The notes beneath the pieces are model-generated. The model searched no databases. It was not told where the DNA came from and was given only the letters and a program-made list of their open reading frames with translations. From the IMG/VR virus record IMGVR_UViG_3300044799_000410, positions 1 through 59,895 of that record: a DNA stretch of 59,895 nucleotides. One strand, written 5' to 3'. How positions within the stretch are numbered: the stretch's first letter is position 1; each line of letters begins with the position of its first letter. Shown here one piece after another: positions 27,882-36,519 of the stretch. Position numbers and translations under genes: made by a program. The stretch comes from a virus (lineage: Duplodnaviria > Caudoviricetes).

Positions 27882-28106
27882 TTAGAACGTGTAATCGTTT
27901 TCAATGATAGGTACGCCGCATAACGAGGTAAAACGGCGCGTCGTTTTCTGAACTGCTAGCCGCTCGATTCTCACCAGGGAGGAATCGGTCAGGGTATACA
28001 CAGCTTGCGATTGTCTCCGGTCTGTAATGGTGATCGCTATTCGTTGTCCTGTTCTTTGTGCGCCCGTGGTTCGCTGTGTTCTGATTTTCCGTATCATGGG
28101 AATCAC
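27882..28106 (-). CDS. Hypothetical protein
   Basis: SD GGAGGTG near start. Confidence 0.55.
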   Translation of the reverse strand: MIPMIRKIRTQRTTGAQRTGQRIAITITDRRQSQAVYTLTDSSLVRIERLAVQKTTRRFTSLCGVPIIENDYTF

Positions 28107-28141
28107 CTCCAGTATAGTTCCGGGAACGGGTATGCACCCGA

Positions 28142-28342
28142 TTAGTAGTCTATCCCGGCCTCACGTGCATCAGCGCATGAGTCGCAGATATAACCGCTAC
28201 TATCCCCAGTCATAGGACGTTTGGCGTATCGCCACGCCCATACATTGCCACGGGTGGGTAATTTCCGCCTGCATTGCGCACACTTCCAAGCCGGGGGTAT
28301 AGTGTACTTAACATTATCGGAAATCTTCGGGTTGGTAGTCAT
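28142..28342 (-). CDS. Small Zn-finger protein, first gene of the leftward arm
   Basis: CAQC and CDSC; ATG 28342 with SD GGAG. Confidence 0.6.
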   Translation of the reverse strand: MTTNPKISDNVKYTIPPAWKCAQCRRKLPTRGNVWAWRYAKRPMTGDSSGYICDSCADAREAGIDY

Positions 28343-28349
28343 GGGGGAT

Positions 28350-28872
28350 GGTCTCCAGTCTAAAACCGTCTCACAGTGTCCCCGTCTAGGTCGTATGGGT
28401 ATCAGGGCACATGGGCGGATTGTCCTAGTCATGCCAGCCGGGGTAATCGTCCGTCACCGGCCAGCCTAAAGCATAGGCAGGCGGGGGATAGTCTCCCAGC
28501 CTGCCTGTATCATCCTTCTTTCAACCCCTCGGCGCGTCAGTCTCACATCCTGCCGCAACCGCTGATTATCTCATAGGTACACACTGTCGCCGCTCGTACT
28601 CTCGTGGCTCTATGAGCCACACCGGAAGTACGTGTCAGTACACTGCCCCCTGTCCGCCTGCCCACGGTATCCGGCTATCCCGTTACATCCATAGAGGGAT
28701 ATTTGCCGTCTGCGTACTCGTGTGTGCTACTAGTCCGTCACTAGCTCCGGGCCGTTCGCCGCCTGGTATCGTCATCCATCGTGCGGCGTAAGGTCTACGC
28801 GTCGCCCGGTCTACCCCCCGCCCGCTTCGCTTCGCTGGTCAGTTGTGCCGGGGCAGACTGCCCCGACCCCCG
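28350..28872 (-). ncRNA. Candidate long structured leader / ncRNA
   Basis: About 530 nt without a credible sense ORF; at least 8 nested inverted repeats; extended -10 TGCTACATT at 28878-28886. Confidence 0.5.
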
Positions 28873-28964
28873 CTTCCAATGTAGCACGCCAGGGGAGGCA
28901 GTAACATTGCATTATCGTTGCAAAAGCGGCGACAAAATGGAGGGCCTTTGTCATATCTTCCAGG

Positions 28965-28973
28965 TGGTATAAT
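28965..28973 (+). promoter_or_regulatory. Extended -10 promoter of terS (leaderless)
   Basis: TGGTATAAT 8 nt before ATG; no SD. Confidence 0.65.
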
Positions 28974-28981
28974 CCCGGTCA

Positions 28982-29731
28982 ATGACCTCTCTCTTACCTT
29001 CCCCCGCCGCTCTTGATCGACCAGTCGAGCAGACAATTACTATCCAGGACTTGCCCCCAAAACAAGCGGCGTTCCTTGTCGCTTATCTTGCTTGTCTCAA
29101 TGCGACCAGGGCTTACATGCAGGTATATCCAGATACCACATACGACGGCGCGCGCGCCTCGGCGGCTGCGCTCTTAGCAAATCTTAACATACGTGCCATA
29201 CTTCGGGCAGAACTCGACAAGCGGGCGATGGAGGTTGAAGAGATTATCGACCGGCTGGGAGAGATGGCAAGGGCGGACGCGTCCGAGTTCATCATCCTTG
29301 CCGAGGAACCAATCAGAGACAACAAGGGGGCAATAGTCATGAAGGATGGGCAGCCTCTCACGCATCAGGTTACACATATAGATGAGGAGATGCTAAAGAA
29401 GCGGGGGTATTTGGTCAAGGCGATCACCCCGGCTCGTGGTGGGGGGCTTCGTATCGAGATGTATAGCGCAAAGGATGCCCTCGATACCCTCGCCAGAATA
29501 AGGCGGCTTGTCCAGGACGCCCCACCTGGGCCTCCAGTCGAGGAGCATATACACATTTACCTGCCTGATAATCAACGTGACGCGCCCCAGGACGTGATCG
29601 AGGGGACGGTCAAGGACGCCCCGCCCGCTTTGCCTGCCAATAACAGCCCACAGGACGAGCCAGGAGAGGCGCAAGGGGAGGACAAGGGCATAGATACCCC
29701 CCCAATCAAGGGCGATATGCCTATTATATAG
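28982..29731 (+). CDS. terS: Terminase small subunit
   Basis: KQAAFL..YL..LNATRAY...ARASAAALL HTH; ARAD; IEMYSAKDALDTLAR. Confidence 0.85.
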   Translation: MTSLLPSPAALDRPVEQTITIQDLPPKQAAFLVAYLACLNATRAYMQVYPDTTYDGARASAAALLANLNIRAILRAELDKRAMEVEEIIDRLGEMARADASEFIILAEEPIRDNKGAIVMKDGQPLTHQVTHIDEEMLKKRGYLVKAITPARGGGLRIEMYSAKDALDTLARIRRLVQDAPPGPPVEEHIHIYLPDNQRDAPQDVIEGTVKDAPPALPANNSPQDEPGEAQGEDKGIDTPPIKGDMPII

Positions 29732-29925
29732 GCTTTGTTTGTGGTAAGTGCAATTACCGAAACCATACCGATTGCGTCCGATTAGCCAATTAGCCCCGGC
29801 GCATAGACGGCGGGCGGCGGCCCACCCCGAGGGGCATGTGCTAAAAGATATACTTTGGATCGAGTCCCTTCTCTCAAAATTAAAAAACAAGATTTGAACG
29901 AATTCTCTTGTGGTAAGATTGTCGC

Positions 29926-30696
29926 ATGAAAGTCTTATCACTTGGTTGGGGTGTGCAATCATTCACATTGGCAGCAATGGTTGCACTGGGAGATCTTGAA
30001 CCGATTGACGCGGCAATTCACGCAGACACTACCCATGAGAGCAGTTTGACTTACGCCTTCGCGAAACGATGGACGGACTGGCTGGAATCAAAGACACTCC
30101 TTACGCCTGGTGTAAAGGTTGTCACGGTAATCAGCAAGGATGCACAGACCATCAAACAAGTCGTTTCTCAGTGGACCGACATACCGGCTTTTACTTTCAA
30201 TGGGAGAACCAAAGGGCAACTGAGAAGGCAATGCACCCACCAGTGGAAGATTGTTGCTATTCGCCGCTGGTTGCAAGCGAACCGGAACGGGGAACCTATA
30301 GAGCAATGGATTGGGATAAGCACGGATGAAGTCGTGCGAATGAGACCGTCAGATGTGAAATATATCACTCACCGCTGGCCATTGATCGAAAAAGGGATGA
30401 GCCGGCATGATTGTGAATCCTGGCTGAAATCCCGCTGGCTTGAAATTCCGTCTAAATCTGCCTGCACGTTCTGCCCGTATCATAGTGTTGCAGAATGGCG
30501 CATGATAAAATCCATACCGCAAGATTGGGCAGAAGCCGTTGAGGTTGATTGCGCAATCCGTAAAGTTCGTCCCCCCTATGATTTGTTCGTCCACCCGGCC
30601 CGTGTCCCACTCACCCAGGTTGATTTGAGAACAGAGGAGCAAAAAGGTCAGATGAGACTATGGGATGAAGAATGTTCCGGTCTTTGTGGGTTGTAA
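29926..30696 (+). CDS. PAPS-reductase-like (PP-loop, Fe-S) protein
   Basis: SLGWGVQS, ADT.HE, RQCT..WK, WIGISTDE, KSAC.FCPY, EECSGLC; leaderless extended -10 TGGTAAGAT. Confidence 0.8.
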   Translation: MKVLSLGWGVQSFTLAAMVALGDLEPIDAAIHADTTHESSLTYAFAKRWTDWLESKTLLTPGVKVVTVISKDAQTIKQVVSQWTDIPAFTFNGRTKGQLRRQCTHQWKIVAIRRWLQANRNGEPIEQWIGISTDEVVRMRPSDVKYITHRWPLIEKGMSRHDCESWLKSRWLEIPSKSACTFCPYHSVAEWRMIKSIPQDWAEAVEVDCAIRKVRPPYDLFVHPARVPLTQVDLRTEEQKGQMRLWDEECSGLCGL

Positions 30697-30720
30697 GTCT
30701 GGAGTAAGTCTGACTTTCCC

Positions 30721-30748
30721 TTGACAGGTGGGCAATTTCGGGTATACT
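30721..30748 (+). promoter_or_regulatory. Near-consensus sigma70 promoter (leaderless)
   Basis: TTGACA-16 bp-TATACT, ATG 6 nt downstream. Confidence 0.8.
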
Positions 30749-30754
30749 GAAATC

Positions 30755-31012
30755 ATGGCCTGGTCGGGAGGTATTGCGGAATGGATAGAGGGAGACACGG
30801 CGTACTTGTCCGTTGTGTTTAGCTGGAATCTGCCAAGCGCCTACCAAAGGGCGGTCTGGTACAAAACGCAGGGGTATAAGGTTCGAGCGGGGGGACCGGG
30901 ACTGTTTGTAAAATCCAATCGAAAATACATGGAGGGGGTGGCCAGCGTGGAATGGCCGGACATGGTCGATTCGGGCAGGGAGCCTGAGCCGCGCGCGGCA
31001 CATGAAGCATAA
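30755..31012 (+). pseudogene. N-terminal fragment resembling phage B12-binding/radical SAM proteins
   Basis: AYLSVVFSW...KVRAGGP motif but no CxxxCxxC follows. Confidence 0.45.
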
Positions 31013-31259
31013 GAAGAAGATGAATGGCATGAGTCCGACCAAGAAACACTATCTGCACAAACATAAATCCACCTGGAAACCTCCCAAGTCGGATATGACA
31101 CCTGCTCAATTCCATCGTGACCAACGGGATAAGGTGCAGCGGGCATCGGCCAAACATTGGCTGCGTCTGGAGTTGTACGAGTGTCCTGACTGCCATGCAC
31201 CGAAGGGAAAATTCGGATACTGCACGAAGGACCGGCGCTGGGCGGTGCGCAAGATATGA
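31002..31259 (+). CDS. Basic hypothetical protein
   Basis: CPDC...C; coupled to downstream gene. Confidence 0.5.
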   Translation: MKHKKKMNGMSPTKKHYLHKHKSTWKPPKSDMTPAQFHRDQRDKVQRASAKHWLRLELYECPDCHAPKGKFGYCTKDRRWAVRKI

Positions 31260-31858
31260 AAAACGGACGAGCTATGAAAGGACATCGGAGAGCAATTATT
31301 GCCATTGACCCATCTCCAATTGCTAAACGCCCTCCTCGAGGAGGGTGGGATGTTAGTTGTATTTGTGGATGGCAAGGTGGTAACTGGAAAAATAGTTCCT
31401 TAGTACGAGTTGCCTACAGAAAGCATATTGATTATCAGATTGACCAATGCCTCATCCGGTGTAAACGTTGTGGCATCGAAAAACCCATCTCTCAAATGAG
31501 GCCAGATTACAGATATGTTTGCCTGAGTTGTTTTTCGAAATTGGGCGACGAATGGCAACAAAAGCATCCCATTGCAACAGCAAGGCACAAAAGAAATCAT
31601 CATCTCCTGAAAAAGTTTGGGATTACACTTGAGGAGGCGGAACAAATTCTATTTAAACAGGGTAATCTTTGTGCAATTTGTAAAGATCCAATTGAAGATA
31701 AACGTGGATTTTATCCCCATGTTGACCATGATCATTTGACTGGTAGGATACGCGGAATTTTATGCTTCAGATGTAATGCCGGTTTGGGTGCTTTCAAAGA
31801 CGATCCACGGCGACTTTTGGCAGCAATTCAATATTTGTCACAGGAGAAAATTCAATGA
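31256..31858 (+). CDS. Endonuclease VII-type HNH nuclease
   Basis: KFGIT...QGNLCAIC...HVDHDHLTGRIRGILCFRCNAGLG. Confidence 0.9.
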   Translation: MKNGRAMKGHRRAIIAIDPSPIAKRPPRGGWDVSCICGWQGGNWKNSSLVRVAYRKHIDYQIDQCLIRCKRCGIEKPISQMRPDYRYVCLSCFSKLGDEWQQKHPIATARHKRNHHLLKKFGITLEEAEQILFKQGNLCAICKDPIEDKRGFYPHVDHDHLTGRIRGILCFRCNAGLGAFKDDPRRLLAAIQYLSQEKIQ

Positions 31859-32340
31859 AGGCCCTAACCCTTACTCAACCGTGGGCAACATTAGTGGCAA
31901 TCGGCGCGAAAAAAATTGAGACTCGTTCCTGGCTTATCTCCTACCGGGGTCCACTGGCCATCCATGCGGCGAAAGGATTCCCGAAGTATGCTCGTGAGAT
32001 ATTTTTCAATCCCGTCTTTCAGGGAGTCCTGATACCTGCTGGCTACAGAAAGCTGGCCGACCTACCGCTGGGAGAGGTAGTTGCCACGTGTGAATTGACT
32101 GATGTGGCCAAGATTGTGCCAGGTGTAGATTTACCTCTTGGTAATGAATGGAACTTTGGAGATTATTCCTACGGACGGTTCATGTGGACTCTTGAAGATG
32201 TTTTTGCTTTGATCAGGCCGGTGCCGGCAAAGGGTGCCTTGAGGCTGTGGGAATGGGATGAGGCAAGTGTGGAATGGACCTGGCAACTCAAGAGTGATGG
32301 TGAGAAACATCGGACGGTCGTGCCGTTGATTGGAAAGTAG
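31855..32340 (+). CDS. ASCH domain protein
   Basis: KALTLTQPWATLVAIGAKKIETRSW...YRGPLAIHAA. Confidence 0.9.
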   Translation: MKALTLTQPWATLVAIGAKKIETRSWLISYRGPLAIHAAKGFPKYAREIFFNPVFQGVLIPAGYRKLADLPLGEVVATCELTDVAKIVPGVDLPLGNEWNFGDYSYGRFMWTLEDVFALIRPVPAKGALRLWEWDEASVEWTWQLKSDGEKHRTVVPLIGK

Positions 32341-32345
32341 GAAAA

Positions 32346-32810
32346 ATGACAGATTTAGGTTCATGGGATAGGAAGATCTCGACTCGTACAAAAAGGCGCA
32401 TAGATGATATTGCCAGGCTCGGAAAACAATTGGATGAATTGATCGTCGCCAATGCGGACCTGGGTGAGTTTGTCGTCCTCGCCGCAGAATACGATGCTTG
32501 CGGTTTACATCATCTTCCTGGACCATTGCGTGAGAAAATAGGAGTTGCCCGGGTTGTCTCTCTGAGGGTATCTGTTCCAGATGATGCGGATGTACGCATT
32601 CTGCGTTATCTTGATGAACGGCCTCATTCTAACCGAATAGATATTGCTGGGGACCTGGGTGGCATCTCAGAATCTACCTTGCGTCCCATTCTACAGAATC
32701 TTATTGACCGGTGGTTGGTCAAGGGATCGAAGGCGAGATATTCCTTGACCGAGTTGGGTAGGGACGTTCTGTCAAAGAGCGATGAACCAACGGACGCGAT
32801 TTTGAAGTGA
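32346..32810 (+). CDS. Protein with C-terminal winged HTH
   Basis: ILRYL...IAGDLGGISESTLRPILQNL...YSLTELG. Confidence 0.7.
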   Translation: MTDLGSWDRKISTRTKRRIDDIARLGKQLDELIVANADLGEFVVLAAEYDACGLHHLPGPLREKIGVARVVSLRVSVPDDADVRILRYLDERPHSNRIDIAGDLGGISESTLRPILQNLIDRWLVKGSKARYSLTELGRDVLSKSDEPTDAILK

Positions 32811-32844
32811 ATGCCGACATAACTATGCGCATTAGGTTAAAGCG

Positions 32845-33081
32845 ATGAATGATAAACGAGAAAAATTTCAAAAAATAATGCCAGAAATAGAAAAGTTTCT
32901 GGAAACATATATAACAACCATTCCATTCAATTTACAAACGGCAGAAATCATATTGAAAGCATTCTCAACGGAATTGGGAATAAAAGACCTGATCAATCAA
33001 GATGAATATTTTGGGATGATGATAGCCACTATCCTGATCGAAAAGATGGCGAAAATAATCACAGGACTTTCTGTACCATAA
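32845..33081 (+). CDS. AT-rich hypothetical protein
   Basis: 78-aa ORF. Confidence 0.5.
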   Translation: MNDKREKFQKIMPEIEKFLETYITTIPFNLQTAEIILKAFSTELGIKDLINQDEYFGMMIATILIEKMAKIITGLSVP

Positions 33082-33167
33082 TTGAGATAGAAATAAACGA
33101 GCACAAAATTTCGTCATTCCTCTGTGATACCATTCTCGAAAACATAGGAATCTAATCAGAGAAAATT

Positions 33168-33935
33168 ATGTTCGCTTTACATAATGGCGATTGCCTCGAA
33201 TATATGAAAACTCTACCTTGCGCAAGCATTGATTGCATTGCGACTGATCCTCCCTACAATGTCAGTGTTGAAGGTGCCAGAATTGTCCGTGGTTCTGGAA
33301 CAATTTATAAAGGTCCAGATATAAATTTGGATTTTGGAGAATGGGATAGAAATAAAATTGGTTGGAAGGACTTTATTGACCGGTTTGTAGAATTACTTAC
33401 TCCTAATGGCGTGTTAATTATGTTTTATGACAAACTTTATCTTGGGTCAATTGGAATCTATTTACAAGAAAAATATGGATTTCAAGTTAGGCATATTGGA
33501 GCAATGGTAAAGAAAAATCCTGCTCCTCAAGGACGCCGCGTGAAATGGCAAAATGGTCTTGAACAATTTTTGATCGCAACCAAAAATAAGGGCGAGGGGC
33601 ATCATTTTAATTATAGATTGGGTCAATCGCCTGACTATTTTATGACCGACGTGAATTATAAACACTCACACCCGACACAGAAACCTTTAGAAATTATGAG
33701 TTGGCTTATTCGATATTGGAGTTTTGAGGGTGATACTATTCTGGATCCTTTCATGGGAAGTGGTACAACAGGGGTAGCATGTATTAAATATAATCGCAAT
33801 TTTTTAGGTTGTGAAATCTCCCCCGAATATTTTGAGATCGCTAAAGATTATATAGAAAAGGCCAATTTACAACCACCACTTCATGAATATTCTAAGAAAA
33901 ATGGAGATTCTCCTTCACAACCGGATTTATGGTAA
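33168..33935 (+). CDS. Beta-class N6-adenine/N4-cytosine DNA methyltransferase
   Basis: GDCL, TDPPY, HPTQKP, LDPFMGSGTT. Confidence 0.92.
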   Translation: MFALHNGDCLEYMKTLPCASIDCIATDPPYNVSVEGARIVRGSGTIYKGPDINLDFGEWDRNKIGWKDFIDRFVELLTPNGVLIMFYDKLYLGSIGIYLQEKYGFQVRHIGAMVKKNPAPQGRRVKWQNGLEQFLIATKNKGEGHHFNYRLGQSPDYFMTDVNYKHSHPTQKPLEIMSWLIRYWSFEGDTILDPFMGSGTTGVACIKYNRNFLGCEISPEYFEIAKDYIEKANLQPPLHEYSKKNGDSPSQPDLW

Positions 33936-33981
33936 TGTCGAAAACCGATCTCGCAAAAACATATTCATTGAAAGGAAACTC

Positions 33982-34359
33982 ATGATGGGAAAGCGCCAAC
34001 ATTCCAGATGGGGCAATTGCCCTTCCTGTAGAAAGATGGTAAAGATTTATGATGACGGACATACGTCTGTGCATTATATACTTGGCAACGAGCCTTGCCG
34101 GAATGATAAATTGTCTTTTCCCAGGCTGAAACCGTTTAGCCAGATGACCCTCAAGGAATTGCAGAATTATCATGCCTTCGCCCGCTATGACATGTTTACA
34201 CATGGCGGCGAGAAATTCCCAGCCGGCACAGAGTTTGAAATCTTATTTAAGCACGGAACTCTTACCCTAATAGCTCTCGATGGAAGATGGATTAGACACG
34301 TGTCATTCTCCAGTCTGAATTTTGATCATATACCGGAATCAAAAGAGGTGAAATCATGA
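33982..34359 (+). CDS. Hypothetical protein
   Basis: SD AAAGGA before MMGKRQ; CPSC..H..C. Confidence 0.6.
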   Translation: MMGKRQHSRWGNCPSCRKMVKIYDDGHTSVHYILGNEPCRNDKLSFPRLKPFSQMTLKELQNYHAFARYDMFTHGGEKFPAGTEFEILFKHGTLTLIALDGRWIRHVSFSSLNFDHIPESKEVKS

Positions 34360-34535
34360 TGCCAATGAATACATCCAGTTTCGTAATCATGGGGATTGTT
34401 ATCTTGATATTGCTCATTCTTTGGGGAGCAATGATTTATGCAGACTGTTTGGCAAATGCAAAAACCCACTCTGTGGAGGAATGGGAAAGATCAGTCCGCA
34501 AAGCCGCGAAGGAATGGGATCGGTATTACAAATAA
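34356..34535 (+). CDS. 59-aa membrane protein (not in ORF track)
   Basis: SD GAGGTG; ATGA overlap; FVIMGIVILILLILWGAMIY helix. Confidence 0.6.
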   Translation: MMPMNTSSFVIMGIVILILLILWGAMIYADCLANAKTHSVEEWERSVRKAAKEWDRYYK

Positions 34536-34555
34536 TATAGAATAGAGAAAACACC

Positions 34556-34834
34556 ATGAAAAAAATCACCCCGCGACGCGGTCGACCTCCAGAAGAATAT
34601 CCGATCCATTTCAAGAAATTTCGCGCTTCTTTGCCAGAATGGAAAGAGTTCCTTTCCATGTTGACTGGGAACGCGCGGAGAGATTTCCTTTTATTACTGG
34701 ATGCACTACGGTTATTCAAAAAACCTTTGGCACCGGTGAACATCTATTGCACTTGTGATCCTCCCATGCCTATCGAGTTTGACGAACTTGGAAATAAAGT
34801 TTGCTCCTATTGCCGAAAGAGGTTGAAATGCTAA
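34556..34834 (+). CDS. Hypothetical protein with AT-hook-like RRGRP and C-terminal Zn site
   Basis: RRGRP; CTC...CSYC. Confidence 0.6.
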   Translation: MKKITPRRGRPPEEYPIHFKKFRASLPEWKEFLSMLTGNARRDFLLLLDALRLFKKPLAPVNIYCTCDPPMPIEFDELGNKVCSYCRKRLKC

Positions 34835-35106
34835 AAAGATTTAGAGGTGAACGAAAGAGAAGGTGGATCTGGCTTTGGTTGAGACGGATGATATCGCGTA
34901 TCCGCCGTTCTCTGATGACTGCCAATGATCGGATGATTGCCTGGTTGTTTGAGATCGAAAGATACTTTTTAGAACGGTATGCCGGTCAGGATATGGAACA
35001 GAAAAACCAAGAAGCTCGTGGAATATGCTCATGTAAGGGTTTCCATGGTTACAAAGTGGTAAAGGGCGAATTGGTCTGTAAGGTTTGTGGCAGGGTGCGA
35101 AAATGA
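34828..35106 (+). CDS. Hypothetical protein with C-terminal Zn site
   Basis: CSC...CKVC; SD GAGG. Confidence 0.55.
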   Translation: MLKRFRGERKRRWIWLWLRRMISRIRRSLMTANDRMIAWLFEIERYFLERYAGQDMEQKNQEARGICSCKGFHGYKVVKGELVCKVCGRVRK

Positions 35107-35585
35107 AAGTGACCGAAGCACATCTCCAGGCCGTCCTCATGCGCTGGTTGATGGTTAAGAAACATCATGTCGGTATCATCCCTAACAGCAACCAATTCTT
35201 TTTTTGGGAAGCTGATCTGATTTCGATTACTGCTTCTGGATTGGTTCATGAGTTTGAGATCAAGTTGAACATCTACGATTACAAGGCGGATGCGCAAAAG
35301 CGTAAACACAACTGGATTGGTGATGCGTCACATACACCGGCTTATTTCTGGTATGTGACCTATGACTTTGAGATCGAACCGCCCCCCAAAGCGGGTTGGA
35401 TTCTCATCAGTAGACTAGGAGATCAATGGCCTCTTGAAGTGAAGGTCCCGGCCCCACGCCTGAACTCATGGAAAATAGATGAATATCGTCAACGTCAGAT
35501 GACGCGGATTTTATCCTGGCATCTTTGTCGTTCGTATGTCAAACTATATTTGAAATGTGGCGAGGATGTAAATGCGTCTTTTTGA
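35103..35585 (+). CDS. PD-(D/E)XK (MmcB-like) nuclease-fold protein
   Basis: WEADL...HEFEIK...DYKAD..K; YFWYV. Confidence 0.7.
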   Translation: MKVTEAHLQAVLMRWLMVKKHHVGIIPNSNQFFFWEADLISITASGLVHEFEIKLNIYDYKADAQKRKHNWIGDASHTPAYFWYVTYDFEIEPPPKAGWILISRLGDQWPLEVKVPAPRLNSWKIDEYRQRQMTRILSWHLCRSYVKLYLKCGEDVNASF

Positions 35586-35898
35586 GATGGCCCAATTGAA
35601 AGAGGCGATCAAGTTTGCGGAGGAAGGTGGCCAGGCCCTGCACCTGCACACATTCAACTCCGGCCATTTCCTTTTCCGGCGCTATCCAGTCATATCCCAT
35701 CTGTTCGATATGGATAAAGATCGTCTGGTGGAGACTGCTAGGAGTCTTGGTGTGAACGTGATCAAGATCGAGCGCGAAGGTGAGCGTGGCCAACATATTG
35801 ACCTATGTGCGGGTCCGTTGGAACGGGCCAAAAAACTTGCAATCATTCACCCAGGACAAGAACATCTGGGAGATAATACTTTTCAAAAGGAGAAATAA
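35572..35898 (+). CDS. DUF4031-like protein
   Basis: SHLFD...L...ARSLGV...QHIDL. Confidence 0.55.
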   Translation: MRLFEMAQLKEAIKFAEEGGQALHLHTFNSGHFLFRRYPVISHLFDMDKDRLVETARSLGVNVIKIEREGERGQHIDLCAGPLERAKKLAIIHPGQEHLGDNTFQKEK

Positions 35899-35899
35899 A

Positions 35900-36352
35900 A
35901 TGTCTGACAAAAGATTTTTTCCCATCCAACACTTTTTCGACAAGCAAAAAGCGGCCGGCGGAACCATAAATCCTCTCGGTCCCGGAGATCTTGAACTTCT
36001 AAATATTTTAGAGGATGAATTAAAAGAATTTGCCTTTCATCCCGGCCTGGCGATCCCAAAGATTGATAAGATTATTTTTCGTGACCGGGTGACACTCGTG
36101 TTTTGGGCAGATGGTATGATGACGCGTTCGACCCGCGCACTCGAGGATAATACTTTCGATCCTCTCATTGGCATCGGGCAATGTCTACTCAAGAAGGCGT
36201 TCCGCAAAAAGTATATTCTGAGGATGATCAAGAAGGCCGATAAGCAAGGAACGAGTCCGGCCATGATTGCCACCTTTTTCCAGCGACTCAAAGACCAAGA
36301 AGATGAGAAACAGAGAAGGCTGGAAGTGAAGAAAAGGAAAAGTAAAAAGTGA
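35900..36352 (+). CDS. Hypothetical phage protein
   Basis: IIF....TLVFWADG..T......FDP..G...CLLKK motif; SD AAGGAG. Confidence 0.7.
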   Translation: MSDKRFFPIQHFFDKQKAAGGTINPLGPGDLELLNILEDELKEFAFHPGLAIPKIDKIIFRDRVTLVFWADGMMTRSTRALEDNTFDPLIGIGQCLLKKAFRKKYILRMIKKADKQGTSPAMIATFFQRLKDQEDEKQRRLEVKKRKSKK

Positions 36353-36519
36353 AAAGAATAAACCTAGACAACTTCATCGCCCCTTTGTTGCTTACCCTGG
36401 CGGCGCAAAAATATCATTGCATCGAAGAATGTGGTTTCAAGACGACCAATCGTTTTGAATTCTCCGGCCATTGATCAAAATGTCAGAAAAGGAAAACACA
36501 AAAAGAAGCGAATCTATGA
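36349..36519 (+). pseudogene. Small C2HC Zn-finger ORF interrupted by in-frame TGA
   Basis: GTGA coupling; CIEECGFKTTNRFEFSGH*SKC with TGA at 36472-36474. Confidence 0.4.

Larger units (their letters stand above)
22346..31001. repeat. Dispersed family of 16-bp palindromic sites, consensus GAGCCGCGCGCGGCAC
   Basis: Exact copies at 24099, 25005, 26488 (reverse) and 30986; variants at 23877, 23895, 25608; looser at 22346 and 29145. Confidence 0.85.

Noticed and set aside
32812-32842. dif/Xer-like site TGCCGACATAA-CTATGCGCA-TTAGGTTAAAG roughly opposite the origin
   Set aside because: Arms resemble XerC/XerD sites but the spacer is 9 bp rather than 6 (8 in cer); not supportable without the host dif sequence
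33079-33155. Possible frameshifted continuation of 32845-33081 (TIIEIEINEHKISSFLCDTILENIGI)
   Set aside because: Looks coding-like but is short, has no slippery site, and cannot be tested without homologues
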